Positions 39,097 through 50,859 of a stretch of 64,000 bases of DNA are shown here, piece by piece. Origin of the DNA: Podarcis vaucheri (Eukaryota); assembly GCA_965113315.1 (NCBI GenBank), contig OZ220368.1; one strand, given 5' to 3'. Both the position numbers and the translations under genes were made by a program. Position 1 is the first letter of the stretch; each line of letters opens with the position of its first letter. Below the pieces are notes generated by a model, which saw only the letters and a program-made list of their open reading frames with translations, was not told the DNA's origin and made no database searches.

Positions 39097-39238
39097 GTAT
39101 AGCTCAGTACAGCACAAGACTCTTACCCTCAGGTTTGTGGGTTCAAGCCTCATGTTGGTCAAAAGATTCCTGCATTGCAGGGGATTGGACCAGATGGCCG
39201 TCATGGGCCCTTTCAACTTTACAATTCTGTGATTCCAT
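39097..39238 (+). mobile_element. tRNA(Lys)-like-head SINE with CR1-derived tail (P.s.1/SINE-like)
   Basis: A box tagctcagt, gactctta, B box gggttcaagcc, then ttcctgcattgcagggg.ttggac.agatg...ccctt.caact.tacaattctgtgattc (CR1 3' end). Confidence 0.75.
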
Positions 39239-39351
39239 TATCTGAACAACACCATGAGCTAATCACAGGCTTTGCTTTTAGCAAGCATTTGGATAAAGTA
39301 TATGCATTATTATTGAGCATTTGAGTCTGTCTTGGCACTGTCCTTTCCCAA

Positions 39352-39473
39352 GACAGTGTAATATAGTGGCTAAAGTGCTGGACTTAGACCAAAGTTATCT
39401 GGATTCAAATTCCTGCTCGGCCTGAAATTTCTTGTTAACTTTGGGCCAATCTTTACATCTCAGTCTAGCATAC
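39352..39473 (+). mobile_element. MIR/CORE-like SINE fragment
   Basis: cagtgtaatatagtggctaaagtgctggact...ctggattcaaattcctgctc...actttgggccaatc. Confidence 0.55.
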
Positions 39474-40809
39474 TGAACTTTTAGTTCAGGGATTGCCAAA
39501 CTGGTGCCATGATGCCTACGTAGATAGGGTCCTAAAACTTCCTAGAAAAAAGTTATGCAGCAAAATGTGCAAGTACCCTGTATGAGGTTCATATTGCCTC
39601 ATACATCAGAGCAGTTCCTGGCCTTGGAAGAATCCACCCCCTTTTATTCCAATTGGTTGGGCAGTCACAGCTCTCCTCCTTTGGGGGACAGATAAGAAGC
39701 AGGGAAGAACTGCTAACTCCCCTCATGGTTTGCCTCCCTACTTTTCTAGCATAGGAAGGCATTTTTATTTGTGGGGTAGTGGTGAGGGGACTGTCTTCCC
39801 CCTTTTCTTGCCCCAGAGGGCATTTTGATGAAGGTGGAGAAGCAGGGAGGGGTCTACCTTTCCTCTTTTTTTAGACCTGGAGGCCATTTTGATGGGGGCG
39901 GGTAGAGAGAAGAGGCAATGGGGATGCCTGCCCAGCTTGCTTCATCTTAGAATCGGTGAGCTTTCTAAGGGTCCCAGAAAGTGACAGTAAAACCTGTTGA
40001 TTTTTAGGAGTGCTGTATTAGCCATTTATAGATGCCTTCCCCTCCCTTGCTTCATAGACTGCCTTCCTGCTCTTTTATGCATTTTGATTTAGAGTGGGGG
40101 AGGGAGCGGCAAGTGGGATGCCTCCCCCCACCCTTGCCTTGAGTCTTGTCTCTTTGCTTTTCCCTGCCCTGAAGGACATTTCTATTTGGGGCTTTATGCC
40201 CTTGGTGTCAGGTGCATCATGTACCCATTCAAAGCAGTCCACAGTCAGCTACCCAAGGTGAGTCACTCTGGGTACATGAGCTGCAGAGCACTTGATTTCC
40301 TTTTCTGTCCCCTTTCTGCTGTTTGTTTGGCTAGCTCTTTCTTTCTAGTGAAATTCTCCTCCCACTTTCAATCTCTGTAGCAACAAATGGAATACGGTTC
40401 AACTGGTAGCTTGAGCTCTTTCTGCAGATTGGGTTCCTCCTCCCATCCTTTTATTTGCTGGCTGCAATATGTTTTGTGTCATATAGGGGAGGAAAGTAAC
40501 CTATTTGCCTCTGTAGTGGAAAATGCCTGCTGTATATTCATGGCTGTATATTCAAATCCTTTCGATGTTGTGGCCACTGCAGCAGGTTGAGATGCTCTTT
40601 CTTAGTCAACAAGATCCAAATAACACAGGACTTAATGCAAATGGACATCAGGGTGGGGTGGGGAGCAGGGATGTAGGTGGCTACATTAGCCAGGCTGGGT
40701 AAGTTCAGTTATATATATAATCATTAAAGTGGCTTCATTAAGAATGTATCTTAAGAGACAGCAACACTACTTGGTGTGGAGTCAGCAATCCAGAAGGAAT
40801 GGCTTCACA

Positions 40810-40893
40810 GTGTGAGCCTATGCATGTTTATACAAAAGCAAGTCCCACTGTATTTAGTGATGCTTACTCCCAAGAAGGTGTGTCTAGGATTTC
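40810..40893. repeat. ~85-bp palindromic element (family also at 41554-41640, 45296-45380, 47487-47566)
   Basis: Reverse complement aligns by eye with 45296-45380 (aatcct..acacacct.cttgggagtaag...cagtggga.tt). Confidence 0.6.
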
Positions 40894-41533
40894 AGTTACA
40901 GATAGGTAGCCGTGTTGGTCTGCCATAGTCAAAATAAAAAAATTCCTTCCAGTAGCACCTTAAAGACCAGCTAAGTTAGTTCTTGGTATGAGCTTTCGTG
41001 TGCATGTACACTTCTTCAAATACACTGAAACAGAAGTTGCCAGATCCTTCTATATAGTGAGAAGGTGGGGAGGGGTATTACTCAGAAGGGTGGTGGGAAT
41101 GGGAGATTGGCAGATAGCTGAGATGAGCCTGTTGACGACTCTTAACGACTGCAATAGGTCTTACAGGAAAAGGCAAGGGGTGAGAAGGTGAAAAATGGCT
41201 TAGTCATGTATAATGAGATAAGAATCCAATGTCTTTGTTCATACCAGGTCTCTCCATGGTTTTAAGTTTGGTAATGAGTTGCAATTCAGCAGCTTCTCTT
41301 TCCAGTCTATTTCTGAAATTCCTTTGTAGTAAAACAGCTACTTTGAGATCTTGTATAGAATGTCCTGGGAGATTGAAGTGTTCTCCTACTGGTTTCTCTG
41401 TTTTGTGATTCTTGATGTCAGATTTATGTCCGTTTATTCTTTGGCGTAAGGTTTGGCCTGTTTGTCCAATATAGAGAGCTGAAGGACACTGTTGGCATTT
41501 GATGGCATACACAATGTTAGACGATGAGCAATT
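40894..41533 (-). mobile_element. Penelope-like element (probably Neptune-type) 3' part: GIY-YIG endonuclease, 3' UTR and pLTR
   Basis: Minus frame CSSSNIVYAIKCQQCPSALYIGQTGQTLRQRINGH...VGEHF...REAAE...GMN, stop at 41204-41206. Followed by the pLTR shared with 17269 and 21009. Confidence 0.93.
40986..41023 (-). ncRNA. Degenerate hammerhead motif (C3U core change, stem II mismatch)
   Basis: Minus strand GUAU-UUGAAGA-A-GUGUACAUGCACAC-GAAAGCUC-AUAC. Position 41019 differs from the other two copies. Confidence 0.65.
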
Positions 41534-42237
41534 ATTGGAGACAATACTTTTTAGGCTCCAATCCTTTACCCAGTTACCAGGGACTAAGACCCACTAAACT
41601 AAACAGGGCTTGTTTCTCAGTAGGCATGTCTAGGAGTCCAGATAGAGGTTGTAGTTATGCTATCCCTTGGAACATAATGTAGAGAAATTAAATTAGATAG
41701 ACTAAACATTTGGGGCTGGCTGTTGCAGTTGTTTTATCTTTCAGGCAGCTGAAATATATCCTGTGAGATAAGTTAAACTGTGTGACAGTGACTGATGCAA
41801 AATTGGCCAGTCATCTTCGTGAATGCGTAGGGATTTGTACTCTGGTTTTTCAGGTCAACCAATCACTTGTGGCTTTTTATATAGGAATACAAGCATTATC
41901 AATTTTCTTTCAAGTCACACTCCCTTGTGGCAGCCATTTTGTGACTGGAGCCCACAACATACTCTCAACATTTCAAATGTGCCCCTGGGCCCAAAAAGGT
42001 TGGCAGTCACTATTCTATCAAAGCTTATTTCTTTAGCCCAACACATTCCCAAACAAATACTGTTTCTTCTGAACTTGTGCTTCTATACATATTTGCCTCG
42101 TGCTACTTACATGCATGAGGCACTGAGGCATAGATCTGAAAGAGTTCTTTCATCTCTTACTATAGATAGCAGGAGCTCAGGGAACTCATACAGTATCTCT
42201 GCTTCTTCCCCCAAAGAGCTTGGAGCTGCTTAAATAT

Positions 42238-42325
42238 GGTTCCCATGCTGTTTCTCAGTGATGCAGCTTACATGGCCAGGCCAGACCTGCTTAACTTCAT
42301 CAGCAGAATTGTATCATGTGTTTTT
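42238..42325 (-). mobile_element. 5S rRNA-derived (SINE3-like) degenerate fragment
   Basis: Minus strand gaagttaagcaggtctggcctgg...gagaaacagcatgggaacc resembles the 5S internal control region gaagctaagcagggtcgggcctgg...gagaccgcctgggaata. Confidence 0.4.
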
Positions 42326-44557
42326 CACATGTTCTTTCAATGCATGAATGGACAGGGACTGGGATAGTGCCTGCTGATCTCGCTCCTGACCTCCAGTTGT
42401 CCATCAGCAATGTGAATAAGGCAGTGGAAATTCAAATTGCCCATGTCTCTGCTCAGTTGAGAAGTTTGAGGGAGTAAAGGGTGGTGCGAACACACTGGCA
42501 GAGCAAATCTAGCTCTCCAGCCCATGTATTTGCACCATGCTAATCTGCCCACTGCCTCATCTCCTAGCTCTGCCTCTCAGAAAGCAGTCTCTCATGGCCA
42601 ACCAGAGGTTGAGTGACTGGTGGTGCCCCACCAAGCCATCCACTACTGGAAATGATGCATTTGAACATCTGAACTAAAGTGAAACCCCTGTTTCAACATG
42701 CATCTAAAGAGCAACATTTTTTAAAGTGGAAAATTCATGAGCTATTATGTGGTCTGAAGATACTGGCTGTGCCGAAATGACTTCTTAATTTAACTGACCC
42801 AAATAGTGTGGCTTTACTTCACCTAAAGTGGTTTCTGCACTGTTAATTAACTACTTCCAGTTCACATTACTTATATTCTTTTGGATTTTAACCAGTACTG
42901 TTATTTTTATGGCTTTGTAGGGGGGCAGCTTTGGCCTGCCCAGTTACTGTTGTTCAATTAATATTAGCTCTAAGAAGCAACTCGTTTTCTCTGTTTATTT
43001 GGTTGCACCTACCATTATTGCCTTACCTGGTGGGAACCATAAACAGATGTAATTATGCTCCATTAAAATGGTGATTGATAATGGCCTGACTCCACAAGGT
43101 GCATTATGAGACTTCCTTTCCCCCCTGCTAGCTGGGCTTATTAATTGTAATGTATAGCATTTTGCATATACATTAAGTCACAATTAAAATGCACACAAAT
43201 GAAGTTCAGATTAAGTTTAGTCATTGGTGTAAATTCACAAAAGGTAGACTTTGTGGAACTTGGGTGAAGGCTGCAATGCCTGATGTGAAACTAAAACTTA
43301 AGAGATTGCAATTTATCTTCATTCTCACAGAGATAGGCTCTCCAGAATAAAACATAGTTGGAGCCAAAACCTATGGTTTGATCTATCCAAAGATGTTCTT
43401 TACAGTGCTAGCTGAAACCACTAGAACAGAACAGCACTATTTTCTATGGTTAATGACTCTAAGTAAGTGAACAATAAGTAAATAACTATGGATGACTCAG
43501 ACAGCATCCTCCTGACTTGTCTGACTGGCAGATTTTGCACAGAAATACTTTTAGAACTAAAGGATAAACAGGGCAAAACACAGCAGTCTTGATGCTGTAA
43601 GATGTGGCTTTGAGTCCCTAAGTTGGCTAAACAAGTACATTGTGTTGAATCTCATGTTCTGGGAGGTGGGAGATGAGCTACATCAGATACATAATAAATA
43701 GGATGATTGTTGGGCCTTCAGCTTCATCTTGTTGATTACGATCTGACCTTTACATCTGCCTCTGTCTTTCACTACCAGAATTGATAGCACATCCACATAA
43801 AGCACATGACTTTTAATAAATGCCCATTATTTAGGCATTTTATCAAAAATCTGCAACATGATATGAAAATCTCTTTCTATATAAGATGAAAGAAGCAGCT
43901 AATGCACTCCTTTATGCTAAGGATGATTGAGTGGGCAAGAGCGGCCAGAGCTTAATAAAAAGGAGGCAGGGATTCAAACCGTGACTTCGGGAGATTGAGT
44001 CTATAGATCTTCATTAGAGCTTTATGCCTTAAAAAGTGGTAATAGTCCCAAGGATTTACAGAAAACCACTCTGAGCTGCATGTTAACTTTTTTCACCACT
44101 GTTTCTCTGTATAATAGAAATAGAACCATGATTATTGTTGCTGTTGCTGTCTGTTAATAATATAGTATCATCCATGTACTTTGCACTTTACAACCTAGTG
44201 AATGAAAAACCAGTTTCCTGACTGAGGAGCTTATTATCTAAAATTGGAGGGAGGGAAGCAGGGACACCAGTATCAAGGAGACAATGCATTCAGTTGAGCA
44301 ACCAGTATGGTGGAAGAGAGCCATGTCTCTACAGTTTACTTGGATGGGATTGGAGAAGAGCAGAGCAGTCGTGGTGGCAGGGTTGTGGGGGCCCACTGGC
44401 AGTAATGGCAAAGGGCCGTAGTGGAAGTTTCCATGCAGCCCCATTTCCATCTTGATAAGCTATAACAGTGCCAGCATTGGCAAAGTGATTCTGTAGCTCT
44501 GCCCCCACCAGACTGGCTGCCACTGGCAACCAGGCTACAGTTTGGTTAAGCAGAGTG

Positions 44558-44798
44558 CAGTCATACCTTGGAAGCCAAACGGAATCTGTTCTGGAAGTCC
44601 GTTTGACTTCCAAAATGTTCGGAAACCAAAGCACAGCTTCTGATTGGCTGCAGGAAGCTCCTGCAGCCAGTCGGAAGCCACGCTGGATGTTTGGCTTCTG
44701 AAAATTGTTCAAAAACTAGAACACTCACTCCCGGGTTTCGATAGTTTGGGAGCCAATTTGTTTGGGAGCCAAGGCGTTCGAGGTCCAAGGTACGACTG
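44558..44798. mobile_element. Tc1/mariner-pogo MITE
   Basis: TIRs CAGTCATACCTTGGA / TCCAAGGTACGACTG; right flank TA, left flank TG. Central hairpin gcttctgattggctgcagga / tcctgcagccagtcggaagc. Confidence 0.88.
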
Positions 44799-45295
44799 TA
44801 TAAGAAACTGGTAAAAGTTCTCCAACCTCAAACTTAGAAGGAAATTTTAGAAACTCAGCAAAGTCCACTTCAAAAAAAGAAAGAAGGAAGGGAGGAAGGA
44901 AGGAAAGAAAGAAAAGATGATCTAGGAGAATAGTTTACTGGAAGAGAGGAGTAAACTTCTCAAGTGTTGAGGATAGGGATGGGTTGCTGGTAGAATCTTT
45001 AAAATCTAAAGAGTGGGCAGATGTGACAGAAAACCAAAGAAATGGCTGTTTATAAGCAAGATGGCAGCACCAGTGCACTGTGTGCATGGAAGAAGCAAGA
45101 GGCAGAGTGTCTGGATGATGAGGATGTGTGCAGTGTTGAAAGCAATGGCAAGAGAGAATTTCATAACAGAAGTTACGATATCCTTTCCTGGATATTCTTG
45201 GCCATGTTCACTACAGGCATTTTGTGTCCAAAAGATACCAAGATGCTAGGGGCAAAACATGATATCCTCTGACAGTCTTTATTTTGCTAGTAATT

Positions 45296-45380
45296 TGCAA
45301 TCCTGTACACACCTACTTGGGAGTAAGTTCCATTGAACTCAGTGGGATTTACATCTGAGCAGACATGTCTGGGGCTGTGC
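45296..45380. repeat. ~85-bp palindromic element
   Basis: Inner arms gtaagttccattga / tcagtgggatttac. Confidence 0.6.
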
Positions 45381-46619
45381 TGCAAACTTCTTAAGGAATG
45401 ATTTCAAAAATGTCCTATGATTCTTTGACCCTGTTGTGCCATATTTCATATTCTGAACACCCTAGAGGGAAGAAAAACAAACTCTGTATGCCAGTACACT
45501 TTAAAGAAGGACAATTTGTTCTTCACAATCATTTCCAGCTACGGTATAAATTATTTGGAAAAATTGATACTGCATACATTAAGGAGTGTTATTTCTCCCC
45601 CTCTTTGTTGTCCCTTTTTTTGTTCTGATTAGACAAATGAATCATGCGAGTGAGCATTCCCTGTGATGCTGCTAATTGATGGTACACTATAAAATTGTAT
45701 TGCAATAAGCAAACACTTTCAGCCTCCCTGTGCTTAGCTGCATTGGCCCACGATCAGCAAAGCTTTGAAATCCTGAATTTAAATTACCATTCTTTTGACT
45801 GCTGTTCATGACGTTAATTAGCTGTGTTAATTGGTTGTTTTGATACATGAAGAGCAGAATAATCCAACTTTATTTTTTATTTTTTGGAAAGCCAAAATTA
45901 TTAGGAGTTTGGCAAGAGCACGGGGAGGGTTTTCTTTAGTACTTTTGAATGCTTCCATCTTCCTGTTTTCTGTGTGCACTGTTGTGTTTGCTGATGACTG
46001 CATTCTTTTTTAAGCCCCCTGTGTGAGTAATCAACACAGGAGTCAATGGTACATGTTTGAATATGCTTTCCAGCAGAGATCTGTGAGACATTGTTGTCTC
46101 CAAATTATTGAATTGCTGTAGACAAAATGCAACCATGCCAACATCATTTGTATTGTAGGGGGGTCTGGCAGATGAAAGGATACGTGCTTTAAACCATTTA
46201 GCTGCCAAAGTTGCTGCTATAGCCACACAGCAGGTGACTCAGAATTGAGTTCTGAAGTCATGGTTCTGAAGTCATGATGCGCCAACTCATCAGAACAGGG
46301 CAGGCTCTCGGTTTTATCACACTAAAGCAAGCAGGGGGAAGTGGTCTCATGGACACATGACCTTTAGCATTCCAGCTTATAGGTGGTGTCCGGCTCTGCG
46401 AGATAAATGGTAGGTAGCTATCTGCTTTTGTGAACAGTTGCTAGGAGGGAATGTGCTTGCTGTTGTTTTGCCCTGTGCTGTGCACACTTCACAATATCAA
46501 CATGTGGGGTCACTTAAATAGGCAACTACTCCATATTTTGTGGACCTCCTATATTCCCGCTCCACCTTTTATTGCTCCTTTTGCCTTTCTCCACTCTGAA
46601 TTTGCCCGTGGGTGAGGTG

Positions 46620-46942
46620 GAAAGGAGACAGGGAAAAGGAAGTTCTGGGAAACTGCAGGTCAAGTTTATATTTGATACAAGGGGAGACACTACAACAGAT
46701 TATAAAAAGAGTTCATTTGATTAGTAAGAGCCAGCATGACTTTGTCAAGAATAAATCCTGCCAGGCTACTTTTATCTCTCCCTCTTTTACTTCGGTGACT
46801 AGCTTAATGGGTTGTGGGAATGCTGCACATGTAATTTATCTTGATTTCAGCAAAGCATTTGACAAAGTTGTCCATGTTTTTTGGTTAGCAAACGAGTTAA
46901 ATGTGGGCTAGACGGCAATACTCTCAAGTGGATTCACAGGTT
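46620..46942 (+). mobile_element. CR1 LINE reverse-transcriptase fragment (degenerate)
   Basis: SQHDFVKNKSCQATFIS...GNAAHVIYLDFSKAFDKVVH matches the CR1 RT motifs QHGF...SC and YLDFSKAFDKVPH. Confidence 0.88.
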
Positions 46943-48189
46943 TCACCCTGATTCTATCCATGCCACCCACTGCCTGTTTCTACCATTCATTAGCCTGGAG
47001 TCCTTGTGCCCTTGGAGAATCAGAGATACATGGCAAAATGTGCAGCTCCTATTCTTCACTGATGACACTAGTGTCCACAAGTCTGCCTCCATGGAGGACA
47101 CTGCAAAATATCTTGTCTCTTGAACTCTCTTGTGCAAAGAGAAGCAGTAAGGACACTGAGTGGCGTTTCAGCGTTCTTGAACGAACCTTTTCCTGTGCTG
47201 CTTGCTACAGACTAGGTAACCAGACAAAGCCCCAAACCCTTGGCCATGCCCTCAAGCACTCATTGTTTGCTGGGATAGAAACAGAGGAAAACAAAGGCAT
47301 AAAACAAATAGTGAAATAAAAGTAGGTCTGAAATTACAGATTATTCTGATACACTATATGTTACTTATATATAATGACAGTCAAAGAGCTACAGCTTTTT
47401 GTCCTGTTCAGTTGCATTTCCCTTTATACATTTAAAAGGAAAAGAAGCAGTAAAGTGGTGGGTGTTTGCAAAATGCATCTATTTTGGCTGCAGCCCTAAA
47501 CCTGCTTACCTGGAGACCATCAATTCAATGGGCTTATATCTGAGTAGATCTATATAGAATTTCACTATGTGTTTGTGCACATGTGTGGCACACTCTTCTC
47601 GGTGGAATTTTATTGATTTGCAGAGAAGGGCTTTTTTTGCTGTCAAGATTGTGGAGGCTTTAGCCTGTAAATTTTATTTCCAGCGAAGTGTCAAGCAATG
47701 TAATCCAGCAAAGCTACCATGATGACTGCCATTGGAGGAAAGTGACAGTTTCTCTGCCATTTTCCAAGCTCTTCCCATCCTCCAAACACTTTCTGTTTTA
47801 CCGTGTGGGCGGATTGATTGGCAGGTACCTCAGTAAATAGGTTGTGAAAATATCACTTAAATGACTTGATATTGCAGGTGACATGAAGGACTTGTGAAAA
47901 CAGCGTCAATTAAGCCATGTGCATGTGTGTATGTGTGTGCCTGAATATGGCTTCTGAATGCTTTTGAAAGTAAAAGCACCTATCATTCAAAGTGTTACGC
48001 AAGAGGCACTTAACAGGTGAAGCAACACACTGAAAGTGCAGTGTAATCAGTTGCTACTGAGAATCCTCACTTGAAAAGGAGAAACTGCCAGGTGCTGATG
48101 TCTTTAACTCCATGTGGTTAGTCTGTCCAAGTTGAGAAGTGATCTGAACACAATCTGGTGTGTGGCTTGCTGCCATATTTAAACCAAGG

Positions 48190-48325
48190 CAGGGAGGAGA
48201 ACCTCGGACTCTCCAGATGTTGTTGGATTCCTTCTCCTATCAGCTCCAGCCAGCTTGGCCTATTCTTAAGGATGCTGTGAGTTGTAGTCCAGCAACATCT
48301 GGATGCCCAAAGCCTCCCCACCATG
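48190..48325. mobile_element. Palindromic ~130-bp hAT-type MITE
   Basis: Arms tccagatgttgttgga / tccagcaacatctgga. Confidence 0.7.
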
Positions 48326-48439
48326 TTTCGGCTTTAAAAAATGAAAGTGGTTTGGGGTTTCTGTTTCATTACTGCAACCTAGTGGATCAGGCAACTGACT
48401 CTGTGCATTCTAAAGCATAGCTAAGCCATAGAATCTGCT

Positions 48440-48692
48440 ACAAGAAGATGTAGTGATGGCCACTAACTTGGATGGCTTTAAAATGGGCTTAGATAAATTC
48501 AAAGCTAAGGCTATCATTGGCTACTAATGGCTACCTATTATCTACGCTATCAGGGGCAGAATGCCTCTGGATTCCAGTTTCTTGGGATCATGAGGAGGGA
48601 GCGCTATCACACAGTTATCTGGTTAGCCACTGTGGGAGCAGGATGCTGGACTGGTTGGTGTTGTGTGTGATGCAACAGAGCTCTTATGTTCT
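48440..48692 (+). mobile_element. CR1 LINE 3' end
   Basis: gatgtagtgatggccactaacttggatggctttaaaa...ttagataaattc ... gccactgtggga.caggatgctggact ... ctcttatgttctt. Confidence 0.7.
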
Positions 48693-49672
48693 TGTAGGAA
48701 ATGAATCACATGTGAACTGGCCCTACAGCCCTTAGACCTCAGGTCTAAGTAGCTACAACTACTCTGCTGCTTAAGTACAGTCTGATATTAATCTTCCCAT
48801 TGCCACCACTACCACTAAGTTTAGCTGCTGCAATATTTGCTCTTAAAGAGTGCTGGGCTGGCATAGCCTGATTACCAACGCTTATGAGATCCTGCAGTTT
48901 TTCTGGGTATGTCTCTTTTCTTTCATTTGTTCTTTAAAAAGAAAAGAAAGGACTTGATAAGAAAATCCAATTCTAGATGCAATATCAGTCCTGGTCCAAT
49001 CTTACCTCGGTAGCCTAAGCTTGCTTCAGACACCAGTGGACAGTTGACTCATCCCAGGAAATGTAACACAATTTAGTGCAATTTTCCACAGTTGACATAT
49101 GTTGATCAATATAGGACTTAGATTTAACAAGCGTGGCATTTCAATTAAATTGAATTACTGAAGAGTATAGTCATCATCGTACCAGGAGAAAGGTGTTTTA
49201 GCAAATGAAACGGCCAACCCCCCACTCTCTCCTCATGCTGTGTTGCAGCTGGTCTGTGAATTAAAAAGTAAGCTTTAGCTTTCAACTTTCATCAACACTT
49301 AATTCTTAAGCAAACCATGTCATTAAGGTAAATTGTTTCTCTTCCCTCCCCTCTTTCCCTCGGGCTACTGCTACATTTTTATTTTTTTGAAAGCATAAAA
49401 GAAGGATGCTTGCTACAGAACAGGCACATATACTGTCCATTAGATGATGCATTACTAAACACCCAGCTCCGCTGTCCTCAATTAATAATTCCACACTGTT
49501 CATATAATGGCTGAACTGCAACGCAAAAACTCTTCTACGCACAACCGTATTCTCATTTGCTCTGTTTACCTATGAGTCTGCCTTACCCCATACATGCCCA
49601 CACAACTGCTTCTGGCGGAACTGGCACTGTTACAGGTGTTCCATAATACCCATTGCAAGAACTTGATCTTTT

Positions 49673-50085
49673 TTTTTAAAAAAAAAAGATATTTATTGAA
49701 AGTTTTTAAGATATAACAAAAAAAAGAATAAACATACCAAATTAAAAAAAACAGTTAAAAACACACATTAATTTTCAATAACATAACTTCCATACACTTA
49801 TTTCCTCGTACCTCCCTTCTTTGTATTCCAGTTCAATTTGTTAGTTCAGCAAATCCTTACCATTAAACTTTTACCCATTTGTGAAACCTTTTTTTGTTCA
49901 TATCTCTTAAAACATTACAGCTGGAAACCGCTTAGTTTCTATCCAACATCCTTCTAACATTCATTAATTTTACAATGTTTCTGTAAGTAGTCTTTGAATT
50001 TCTTCCAGTCTTCTTTCACCGACTCTTCTCCCTGTTCTCGGATTCTGCCAGTCATTTCTGCCAATTCCATATAGTCAATCACCTA
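49673..50085 (-). mobile_element. L1-type LINE 3' end inserted in an L2 fragment
   Basis: Minus frame VIDYMELAEMTGRIREQGEESVKEDWKKFKDYLQKHCKINEC* (stop 49954-49956), 3' UTR, AATAAA and poly(A). TSD CAAGAACTTGATCTTTT at 49656-49672 and 50086-50102. Confidence 0.85.
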
Positions 50086-50395
50086 CAAGAACTTGATCTT
50101 TTAGTGTGGCAGCACCTACACTTTGGGAAGCCTTGCCTATTGACACCAGGCAAGCACCTTCACTGTGCTCTCTTCCATGCCTGTTAAAAACTTCTTATTT
50201 AGACAAGCCTAGCCAGATGTTTAGAAAGTTGGTGTGAGTTTTAATCAGTTTTTAGTTTATTGTTATTTCAACTTTTTGAAAGTTTTAAATTGTTGTTAAT
50301 TTTTATAATGGAAATTTTATTGTTTTATCTTTTTGTGTAAACTGCTTTGAGGGATTTTTTTTTTTTTACAGTGTATAAATTTTATGAAATAAAAT
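50086..50395 (+). mobile_element. L2 LINE 3' end (host of the L1; continues left to about 49620)
   Basis: tttagtgtggcagcacctacactttggg...ttaaaaacttcttatttagacaagcc (FSVAAPTLW...LKTxLF), then gtaaactgctttgag...tataaat...aaataaa. Confidence 0.7.
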
Positions 50396-50711
50396 CAAAA
50401 TCAGGCAGGGAAGGAAACGTTTTCATCCCAAAGGCCACGTTTTCTCTTGGCTACACACCAGTGACAAGCACAGCTAGATGCAGCCAGTGAGTGTAGTCAG
50501 AGGCAAAAGTGGGTGAATAAACAGATGTGGAAAAGACCAGCCATATAAAAACCAGAGGTTTCTACACACACATACACAAATATCTTTGCATTCTCAATCT
50601 AGGTAATCAAGAGACACTTTCACAATTTGGATATACTTCTAATATAAAATATGCCCCTTGCAATTATATCCCATCCCTTGTCCAAGGAGTTCAGAACAGT
50701 GTACATGGAAG

Positions 50712-50858
50712 GAGTTATCTCACTTTGTCTTCATTACAACAACCCTAGGCTAAAAAACAGTGTTTGGCTCAAAGCAAGCCAGTGATCTTCATGGTCCACG
50801 TGGGGTTTTGACCATAGGGCTCCTAAATCCAAATCTTCTAACCCAGTATTCATCCACA
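50712..50858 (-). mobile_element. MIR/CORE-like SINE fragment
   Basis: ttacaacaaccct...tggctcaaag...ccagtga.cttcatgg...ggggttttgacc...ctcctaaatccaa. Confidence 0.45.
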
Positions 50859-50859
50859 T

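Noticed and set aside
39097-39170. tRNA-Lys gene
   Set aside because: The D-arm is truncated, the acceptor stem is broken, and it continues into a CR1-type tail, so it is a SINE head. The same applies to 60530-60606.
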